Source: Somniosus microcephalus (Eukaryota). From it: a DNA stretch of 64,000 nucleotides. Positions 60,401-64,000 of this stretch are shown piece after piece. Where the stretch lies: contig CM126214.1 of assembly GCA_052327205.1 (NCBI GenBank), positions 23,374,001 through 23,438,000 on the forward strand, written 5' to 3'. Position numbers and translations under genes: made by a program. How positions within the stretch are numbered: the first letter of the stretch is position 1; the number at the start of each line of letters is the position of its first letter. The notes beneath the pieces are model-generated. The model saw nothing but the letters and a program-made list of their open reading frames with translations. It did no database searches and was not told the origin of the DNA.

Positions 60401-63400
60401 TTTTGTCAACAAAAGCTTTTGATCATTGTATGTGGTCCTTGTCTTTTTTAGTTTGCTTCTCATTTTCTTAGCTAATACCGACTTCCACGTTATCTGAAAA
60501 TTCTCACTATATATAATTTTATGTTGAACTGCTGATTTCAAACTTGGCAATATAATGAGCAAATCAGAAGGAGCTGAATTCAATCCTAAAGACTCTAGGT
60601 GTGACTCTACCCACCCACCCCCCCAGTTATTTCTGTTAGCTCATCGTTAGTCTGGGTGTGATTGACTGGGCACAATTTCCATGATAATGACCAGCTAGAA
60701 ACCACGCCTTCTTGGTATTCTGTACGAGTGCTGTGTGCCTGAGCCATCATTGTATCCTACATGATCGCCATATCCCTCTAGATATTATGGATATAGTTAA
60801 ACATAAAAGATAGGAGCTTACACATTACTGTGCTCAACATTAGAGTATGACTGCTCTACAGATTTACATGACATCCTTTGTCCTTTATTTTAACCGAGTT
60901 GTTAATTAATTTTGTATGTTAAAATAGCGCACAAAGAAATGTCACGATTTCTGAATCAACCTGTCAGTCATTGTATCGCCATACAATCGCTACACAATTA
61001 CTGTGTCCCTATATGATCACTGTCTGTCTCATACCCACTATATGTGGTGGGTCATAATTATTATCGTATGTCTTTTGGAAACAACAGCATAGGAAGGGAA
61101 GTGCATAAGGCTGAAATAATTATTGAAATGTGTCCATACATCTTCTGTCATCCACAGGAATGGGAAGTGTAAAATAGTACAACAAGGGAAGGAGTGTTTT
61201 CAAGGCATGCGGCTGCGCCACTACTATATGTTGTGTGGCGCTCTACTAAGGGTTTGGAACAAAGTTGGAAACATTATGTCTGATGTTACAAGTTCCAGTC
61301 ACTTACAGATTGTACGTCTCAAAACCAAGGAGCAGAAGAAGCAAGTTGGTGAGTAAAAGTTGACTTGTTCTCGCGTGGATTTAGCTGAGAGATGCTCTGC
61401 CGAGAAAAATGTTCATATACCAACTTGCCCCTAGGTGGCGCAATCAGTGATATTTTTATCTGTTTAATTTATCCACATTGATGCACCGATTCACTCAGTC
61501 TAACAAACTGTATTTCCAATACTTTCTCTTGTGCGTGTTCTCAATGCACCAATCTCATTATTCTGGCAGAATATATTGATTGAAATTAAATTACATTTCT
61601 ACAATCAATGTTTCAATATAGTCTGCCAAACTCTGTTAGTTAATAAATTTAAAATATATATTTGATAGATTTCATTTGGAGTTAGTGATTTTGTCCATTA
61701 ACTGTAAAACCTTAATGAGTAATAAAATCAAGAAACAGAACTACATTTTTGCTGTAGATAATATGCTTGTGGTGGAAGAAAAAAGCTAGGTGCTTACCAG
61801 TTGCTGTGTGCAACATTAGCTATGACTGCTGAACATATTTATATGATATCCTTTGTCTTTCATTCTAGCTTAGTTGTTAGCTCATTTAAAATAGATTAAT
61901 ATATGTTACAATAATGTTCAAAGGAATGTCATACAAAATTGTTAAGGATTCGTATGCTAATACTGCACACAGTCATTTTTAAGATGGAATTTTTTTAGAT
62001 TACTTATTAGATTAGATTTTTTTCTATTGCAAAGAAAATTAACACCTTCTGTTAAGTAGACAACATTGTACTGATTTCTGGGATCGGCCTGTCAACACTG
62101 GCCTAATTTCAATTTTGAACCACAATAAATTTAATTGGGAATCATTATTTTCTTGAACACATAACTTGACCGTTTGCAGTGAACCATTTAAGTTTCCTAG
62201 GCTTTGGTTTTATTAATTAGCTCTCATCAGGTGCCAAGTATGGAGAGTCTCTAAGTCAGGAGTTCCCATGCCCTGGCCCTCAGTTGGGACCTGGCCTTGG
62301 ATCAGCACAAGCATACCTCACTGACACCCGGGCCCACTTGGTGGGGGGGGGGGGGGGGGGGGGGTCCAGGCTGGGATTGGGGCATGGACCCCTGAAGATC
62401 AGGGACCCAATTTTATTTTTAATTTTCAAGTGCTCCCTGAGAAGGGGGCTGTTGGGGCAGAGCTTGTAGCTCTCTAAGGCAAGGGGCCCAGCACCCCATT
62501 CTGGCAAGATCAGCCGGTGTTTCTGATGGAGGCCACCACAGATGCACCCCAAATCCGCTAAAGGCCTGCTCCTCCTGGCCCCGTGGGATCAGAGGCCGGG
62601 GCTGCAGGTGAGCACTTATGCACCTCCCTCCCTCTGGATTTTCTGGCCCAATGTATCTGAATGTTGGGTGAGAACAGCAATCATGCTCAACTGTGATCCA
62701 GACTCCCAGTTCATTATGTTTTTGTTTTTGGATGATGATGCTAGCCAGCATTTAATACCCAACCCTAGTTTCCCTGACAAAACCTTGGTGTGCCACCTCT
62801 GAGGCCAGAGCATGGGACTGGAGTTATGGCAGGTTCCCTTTCCTAAAGAATATTAGTGAACCAGTTGTCTTTTTGACAACTTTCGTGGTCATCTTTTTGG
62901 TACCAGTCCACAAATGACCAGATTTGAACGTATGACCTCTAGGTTGTTAGTCCAGTAACATAACCACACTACTGTTACCAGCCACAAAATTCTACACCCT
63001 CAATCCTACCACATAGCACCCACCCATTCCAACTGGGCACTTAGGGACAGGAATGCTACTCAAGCGCTCCAGTCACATTATGGGGAGGGAGGCCCTCTAA
63101 ACAACCCTATTACACTACAGCCCCATCAGATAATACAAGTTGTACTCAAGTGCTTATTGTGAATTGGCAGTTGCTATCAATTATAATAGTCTCTTCTGAT
63201 AAAAGAACTGACTTCAGCAATGACTGTGTTTGTTCTCTAATCTAAGCAAACTTTTTGTCTGGTGATTTCTACAGGTATAAAGATTCCTGAAGCTTGCGTT
63301 TATAATGTCATCGACGAGCTGAAGAAAATGGACATGGCGGTAAAGAAAAAACAGGAGGAGAATCGGCAGCTCCTGGCAAGCCAAGTACTGCAAATATGTC

Positions 63401-63609
63401 AAAGCGATGCACAGGACAGTTTATCTGGGGAACAAGCCTTTACCAACAATGCTCAGATTTTATCAGAAACTTTCGACCCTGTACAAGTTTTACAGGAGTT
63501 GTTAGGGATTGATTATGATCAATTTGGAGAGCAGGATCAAATGCTAAGTCAAGATCGACAAAGTGTTATTCAGTTTGGGCAACCATCACACCTCTGGGAA
63601 GCTGGCTGA
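350..63609 (+). CDS. SBNO2: Strawberry notch homolog 2 (DExD/H helicase-like transcriptional co-regulator); 28 coding exons in window, 5' end outside window
   Basis: Hand-spliced GT-AG exons are in consistent phase and give 1211 aa. They include [48 protein letters not shown] and C-terminal [41 protein letters not shown] and RQSVIQF match SBNO2 rather than SBNO1 as I recall them. Confidence 0.95.
1137..1420. repeat. Degenerate pyrimidine-rich minisatellite (~35-40 bp unit, cagttcacactggcactcttctccc)
   Basis: About 8 diverged copies of cagtt(c/t)a(c/t)act(g/a)gca..ctt visible. Confidence 0.7.
1784..1938. mobile_element. hAT-type MITE (155 bp)
   Basis: TIRs CAATGTTTCCCCCTAA / TTAGAGGGAACATTG; 8-bp TSD tatgtgac / tatgttac. 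Confidence 0.85.
2887..3368 (+). mobile_element. CR1 LINE 3' fragment
   Basis: [30 protein letters not shown]...RTRGH...[12 protein letters not shown] is typical of the CR1 ORF2 C-terminus; CR1 tail ggcctattcctgttcctatgttcc. Confidence 0.92.
3911..3988 (+). CDS. SBNO2: SBNO2 exon ([26 protein letters not shown])
   Basis: ttttacag acceptor, CAG/gtattt donor, 78 nt open, phase 0-0; poorly conserved sequence but size and position fit. Confidence 0.65.
4330..5049. mobile_element. PIF/Harbinger-type non-autonomous element
   Basis: Ends ggccctgaaattc / gaattgcaaggcc, similar to other Harbinger TIRs in the window; TSD ambiguous. Confidence 0.6.
5691..5893 (-). mobile_element. CR1 LINE 3' end
   Basis: gaacataagaacataaga terminal repeat plus reverse-complemented CR1 3' UTR. 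Confidence 0.85.
6940..7036 (+). CDS. SBNO2: SBNO2 exon ([32 protein letters not shown])
   Basis: cttacag / T-gtacgt; conserved [12 protein letters not shown] motif. Confidence 0.93.
7270..8225 (+). mobile_element. Degenerate L2-type LINE fragment
   Basis: Pyrimidine-rich decayed RT region, colinear with the L2 copy at 58108-59137 (tctatccttggtcccctcctc, tagctccacctct, ctctggaac). Confidence 0.7.
8410..8570 (+). CDS. SBNO2: SBNO2 exon ([20 protein letters not shown]...[14 protein letters not shown])
   Basis: atacag / CAG-gtatgg; 161 nt, phase 1-0. Confidence 0.95.
8824..9698. mobile_element. PIF/Harbinger non-autonomous element nested in a SINE
   Basis: TIRs ggccgcggtttt / aaaattgcggcc; 3-bp TSD ATA; splits a minus-strand SINE (about 8684-8823 and 9699-9932); internal similarity to 52065-52902. 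Confidence 0.8.
10527..11075 (-). mobile_element. Solo LTR (549 bp)
   Basis: TGTTGTAG...TCTAACA ends, 5-bp TSD GGGTG both sides, minus-strand TATA and AATAAA, internal direct repeats. Confidence 0.85.
11790..12170 (-). mobile_element. AmnSINE2-like SINE copy
   Basis: Reverse complement shares gtgacaggatcaggcttggctatgat and related motifs with copies at 29230 and 38755; family name from memory. Confidence 0.55.
12247..12380 (+). CDS. SBNO2: SBNO2 exon with P-loop-like motif (QHEILL...[14 protein letters not shown]...KKSLW)
   Basis: ttttag / TG-gtaagt; 134 nt, phase 0-2. Confidence 0.96.
12600..13347. mobile_element. PIF/Harbinger-type MITE
   Basis: Perfect 16-bp TIR GGCCCAGAAATTCGGG; GC-rich ends, AT-rich core. 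Confidence 0.8.
13748..13838 (+). CDS. SBNO2: SBNO2 exon ([18 protein letters not shown]...HALNK)
   Basis: ttacag / AAG-gtatga; 91 nt, phase 2-0. Confidence 0.96.
14043..14227. mobile_element. Short palindromic MITE (Harbinger-like)
   Basis: Imperfect hairpin centred on ttgacttcaa; end aaaattaccccc; relatives at about 11266-11412, 24630-24780 and 44254-44410. Confidence 0.7.
14480..14623 (+). CDS. SBNO2: SBNO2 exon ([48 protein letters not shown])
   Basis: taacag acceptor; ends at U12-type donor GTATCCTTT; 144 nt. Confidence 0.95.
14624..15971 (+). other. U12-type (minor spliceosome) GT-AG intron
   Basis: 5' site GTATCCTTT (14624-14632); branch sequence TTCCTTGAC (15946-15954) ends 15 nt before the terminal AG; the flanking exons join in frame (EGV/IVFDECH). 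Confidence 0.92.
14665..15075. mobile_element. Tc1/mariner (pogo/Tigger-like) MITE
   Basis: 22-bp TIR CAGGTAGACTATCCTTTATCCG (1 mismatch), TA TSD both sides, internal repeats of ttcggtttt and ctatcccttatccg. Confidence 0.9.
15972..16107 (+). CDS. SBNO2: SBNO2 exon with DECH box ([11 protein letters not shown]...[10 protein letters not shown])
   Basis: ctcttag / G-gtatgg; 136 nt, phase 0-1. Confidence 0.96.
16174..16507. mobile_element. Tigger-like MITE
   Basis: TA-CAGGAGACTTT...AAAGTTTGCTG-TA; shares internal sequence with 33849-34171. Confidence 0.8.
17810..18170 (+). mobile_element. LF-SINE-related SINE (diverged)
   Basis: Blocks gccttttacttctg..gaattcagctcag, cagggttaag..tggggaagc and ctatgccatgcctgttct are colinear with the LF-SINE consensus as I recall it. 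Confidence 0.5.
19334..19439 (+). CDS. SBNO2: SBNO2 exon ([22 protein letters not shown]...AIEKR)
   Basis: aag acceptor / CG-gtgagt; 106 nt, phase 1-2. Confidence 0.95.
20069..20300 (-). mobile_element. L2 LINE 3' end
   Basis: aacaacaacttgcatttatatag tail, same family as 58108-59137. Confidence 0.8.
20671..20744 (-). ncRNA. Penelope-type repeat fragment with minimal hammerhead ribozyme core
   Basis: Minus strand reads GUU-CUGAUGA-A-AGGU CAUCC ACCU-GAAAC-GUU-AAC (20744 to 20710). Confidence 0.6.
21590..22270 (+). mobile_element. Degraded CR1 LINE RT fragment
   Basis: Remnant KFADDIKL and RGDLIEVYK motifs, many stops. Confidence 0.75.
22730..23167 (-). mobile_element. SacSINE1-like DeuSINE
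   Basis: Reverse complement carries Deu-domain motifs (aaaagatcccatggcact, ccggtgtcctggccaatatttatccctcaacc, attgctgtttgtggga) and an L2-type tail. Confidence 0.85.
23866..24100 (+). mobile_element. Solo LTR (235 bp, Gypsy-like)
   Basis: TGTGG...CATCA, 5-bp TSD GGGGG, TATAAA and AATAAA in sense orientation. Confidence 0.8.
24316..24469 (+). CDS. SBNO2: SBNO2 exon ([25 protein letters not shown]...KAAVL)
   Basis: ttttag / CTG-gtaagc; 154 nt, phase 2-0. Confidence 0.96.
24630..24780. mobile_element. Short palindromic MITE (Harbinger-like)
   Basis: gggggtaattttcacc / ggtgaaaattaccccc with extended arm complementarity. Confidence 0.8.
25505..25667 (+). repeat. Ectopic 163-bp duplicate of SBNO2 intron end and exon start (source 27752-27913)
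   Basis: Near-identical sequence; acceptor AG changed to AA at 25652-25653. Confidence 0.93.
26593..26769 (+). CDS. SBNO2: SBNO2 exon (WAEAMT...[21 protein letters not shown]...KGK)
   Basis: ttttcag / AAG-gtgaga; 177 nt. Confidence 0.96.
27900..27997 (+). CDS. SBNO2: SBNO2 exon ([32 protein letters not shown])
   Basis: ttccag / GT-gtaagt; 98 nt, phase 0-2. Confidence 0.95.
29230..29620 (+). mobile_element. AmnSINE2-like SINE copy
   Basis: ggtactgagc..tacagac, cagccagg, tatccagtgacccc and acaggatcag motifs repeated at 38755-39050 (+) and at 39070-39275 and 46630-46975 (-). Confidence 0.55.
30901..30983 (+). CDS. SBNO2: SBNO2 exon ([27 protein letters not shown])
   Basis: cttacag / C-gtaaga; 83 nt, phase 2-1. 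Confidence 0.93.
32521..32807 (+). mobile_element. Solo LTR (287 bp)
   Basis: TGTAATG...CATCA, 5-bp TSD TGAGG, ATTAAA signal; 3' end resembles 23866-24100. Confidence 0.8.
33151..33755. mobile_element. PIF/Harbinger-type MITE
   Basis: ggtctagaaattgg / ccaatttctgctcc; TSD TAG. Confidence 0.65.
33849..34171. mobile_element. Tigger-like MITE
   Basis: TA-CAGGAAACTTT...AAAGTTTCCTG-TA. Confidence 0.85.
34878..35087 (+). CDS. SBNO2: SBNO2 exon (RKQRGRPLK...[20 protein letters not shown]...STAK)
   Basis: cccacag / G-gtacca; 210 nt, phase 1-1; acidic Ser/Asp linker. Confidence 0.85.
36216..36908. mobile_element. Young CpG-rich PIF/Harbinger MITE
   Basis: TIR GGCCTAGAAATTCA, 3-bp TSD ATT, very high GC and CpG content. 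Confidence 0.88.
36936..37406 (-). mobile_element. Full-length tRNA-derived SINE with LINE-derived tail
   Basis: Minus strand starts gggtacggtagcatagtgg (A box) ... gagttcaaatcc (B box); tail matches the LINE 3' end at about 54810-54950; other copies at 8684-9932 (split) and about 62815-62980. Confidence 0.85.
38561..38682 (+). CDS. SBNO2: SBNO2 exon ([13 protein letters not shown]...[21 protein letters not shown])
   Basis: cactag / GAG-gtaatt; an alternative in-frame acceptor is possible at 38570. Confidence 0.92.
40115..41068 (+). mobile_element. 5'-truncated RTE LINE
   Basis: [14 protein letters not shown]...FPYLGS...LLYASETW...[10 protein letters not shown]; one frameshift near 40765; Zn-finger-like CPTC end; (AAG)n tail; TSD-like atgttattct / atattattct. 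Confidence 0.93.
41278..43659 (+). mobile_element. PIF/Harbinger element (2.4 kb) carrying a decayed Myb/SANT gene
   Basis: TIRs ggggccaattttcc / ggaaaatcaacccc, TSD AAA; right end is homologous to the left end of 52065-52902. Confidence 0.82.
41533..42965 (+). pseudogene. Harbinger Myb/SANT-like DNA-binding protein pseudogene (3 exons: 41533-41796, 42140-42298, 42449-42965)
   Basis: [14 protein letters not shown]...LF...W..VA..VN...[11 protein letters not shown]/gtaagt; exon 2 [16 protein letters not shown] with in-frame TGA at 42167-42169; phase break before exon 3; basic C-terminus RRSTRKRK. Confidence 0.85.
43993..44124 (+). CDS. SBNO2: SBNO2 exon (MTGRKGRVV...[10 protein letters not shown])
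   Basis: aatag / AAG-gtaggt; 132 nt. Confidence 0.96.
44589..44798. mobile_element. Penelope-type inverted (foldback) insertion with hammerhead core
   Basis: 80-bp arms 44594-44673 and 44685-44764 (2 mismatches); 14-bp TSD atatatatttatta; minus strand CTGACGA...GAAACGTT. Confidence 0.85.
45211..45346 (+). CDS. SBNO2: SBNO2 exon ([18 protein letters not shown]...[15 protein letters not shown])
   Basis: gtcaag / G-gtaagt; 136 nt; helicase C-like motifs. Confidence 0.96.
45986..46098 (+). CDS. SBNO2: SBNO2 exon ([14 protein letters not shown]...AKRLESL)
   Basis: tttcag / CTG-gtaatc; 113 nt. Confidence 0.96.
47200..47271 (+). CDS. SBNO2: SBNO2 exon ([24 protein letters not shown])
   Basis: ttgtag / AAG-gtagta; 72 nt. 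Confidence 0.96.
48898..49006 (+). CDS. SBNO2: SBNO2 exon ([21 protein letters not shown]...AFID)
   Basis: ctcgtag / G-gtaaga; 109 nt. Confidence 0.93.
49257..49331 (+). CDS. SBNO2: SBNO2 exon ([25 protein letters not shown])
   Basis: ttgcag / G-gtgaga; 75 nt, phase 1-1. Confidence 0.92.
49676..50225. mobile_element. Probable Harbinger-type MITE
   Basis: ggtctgattttaac / gttaaaagtggccc ends, GC-rich body. Confidence 0.55.
51634..51777 (+). CDS. SBNO2: SBNO2 exon ([26 protein letters not shown]...GKYDMGIL)
   Basis: tttcag / G-gtacga; 144 nt. Confidence 0.96.
52065..52902. mobile_element. PIF/Harbinger non-autonomous element
   Basis: TIRs ggccccgattttccc / gggaaaattacccc, TSD AAT. Confidence 0.85.
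53702..53796 (+). CDS. SBNO2: SBNO2 exon ([32 protein letters not shown])
   Basis: catcag / AAG-gtaaat; 95 nt. Confidence 0.95.
53990..54950 (+). mobile_element. CR1/L2-clade LINE 3' fragment
   Basis: [17 protein letters not shown] and [14 protein letters not shown]-region motifs plus 3' UTR. Confidence 0.85.
55170..55330 (+). mobile_element. CR1 LINE 3' end
   Basis: gatcagccatgatc...gaatggcctactcctgctcctat...ttctatgtttctatg; similar ends at about 27485-27700 (-) and 47330-47537 (-). Confidence 0.8.
56068..56160 (+). CDS. SBNO2: SBNO2 exon ([16 protein letters not shown]...DGFYLSYR)
   Basis: ctgtag / AGG-gttagt; 93 nt. Confidence 0.95.
57345..57476 (+). CDS. SBNO2: SBNO2 exon ([13 protein letters not shown]...YKPNIGKQ...RKKYKR)
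   Basis: cttacag / AGA-gtgagt; 132 nt. Confidence 0.95.
57934..58070. repeat. Imperfect 137-bp palindrome
   Basis: aacccctcattgtactgtgattttt pairs with aaaaatcacagtataacgaagggtt; centre cagctatatatggctg. Confidence 0.75.
58108..59137 (-). mobile_element. L2 LINE 3' fragment
   Basis: Minus-strand ORFs [11 protein letters not shown]...LNIGKTE...[10 protein letters not shown] and [15 protein letters not shown]; (ttg)n tail. Confidence 0.93.
59707..59783 (+). CDS. SBNO2: SBNO2 exon ([26 protein letters not shown])
   Basis: tcttag / TG-gtaagg; 77 nt. Confidence 0.94.
60811..60944 (+). repeat. Diverged direct repeat copy A (hairpin-forming)
   Basis: Aligns with 61787-61931 (tagg.gcttac, caacattag, tatgactgct, atcctttgtc, agttgtta, aaag.aatgtca). 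Confidence 0.75.
61158..61348 (+). CDS. SBNO2: SBNO2 exon ([33 protein letters not shown]...KKQV)
   Basis: ccacag / G-gtgagt; 191 nt. Confidence 0.96.
61787..61936 (+). repeat. Diverged direct repeat copy B (hairpin-forming)
   Basis: Aligns with 60811-60944; stem tatgatatcctttg / caaaggaatgtcata followed by ACA. Confidence 0.75.
63275..63609 (+). CDS. SBNO2: SBNO2 terminal coding exon (GIKIPEACV...[18 protein letters not shown])
   Basis: ctacag acceptor; TGA at 63607-63609; 3' UTR follows with no AATAAA seen before the window end. Confidence 0.93.
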
Positions 63610-64000
63610 ATAGCAAAAGACTAGCATGCTGCTATGCTAAAGTGCCTGACTCCAGTTGAAATATTTCGTATCATATTGACAAGCAGGCTGAAAATTGACA
63701 GTAAGTCATAGATTTTCCCTTCAATGATACTGCCTGCACATAAAGACCAGGACTGGGACAAAGCTGCTTTCTTTGAAGCTTTCTTCAATAATGTGGGCTT
63801 TGAAGGTAGATTTCTTCAACCTTTGAATCTTTGGTGTGGCGTTATCAGAAGCTGACATCCTTCTCCCCTTCTCCTCTCACTGTATTTTGGTACTGGTGTT
63901 GTAATCAACCAAGCATTTGTTCAGTTACAACTGGAGATCGGAATGAGTCCTCTGCACAGTCAAAAACCGACGAGAAGGGAGAACTGTACAAAGTGACAGG

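Noticed and set aside
350-63609. Calling the gene SBNO1
   Set aside because: The short [11 protein letters not shown] exon, [12 protein letters not shown], and C-terminal RQSVIQF match SBNO2 as I recall it; only one loop is SBNO1-like.

Overview
Vertebrate genomic DNA, almost certainly a cartilaginous fish (shark), judged from a SacSINE1-like DeuSINE and shark-type CR1/L2/Harbinger repeats. The window is spanned by one + strand, multi-exon gene, strawberry notch homolog 2 (SBNO2). I traced 28 coding exons by hand from 350 to the stop codon at 63607-63609. All splice phases are compatible (3636 nt, 1211 aa); the N-terminal exons lie upstream of the window. One intron (14624-15971) is a U12-type minor-spliceosome intron. 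The introns contain CR1, L2 and RTE LINE fragments, several SINE families, three solo LTRs with 5-bp TSDs, Tigger-like and hAT MITEs, and many PIF/Harbinger elements, one carrying a decayed spliced Myb/SANT gene. There are also Penelope-type repeats with minimal hammerhead ribozyme cores. The most notable unexplained structures are a 163-bp ectopic copy of an SBNO2 splice acceptor with its AG mutated, and a pair of diverged hairpin-forming repeats flanking the penultimate exon. I found no clear evidence for a wholly new system. Family names and comparisons to human proteins come from memory, not database searches.
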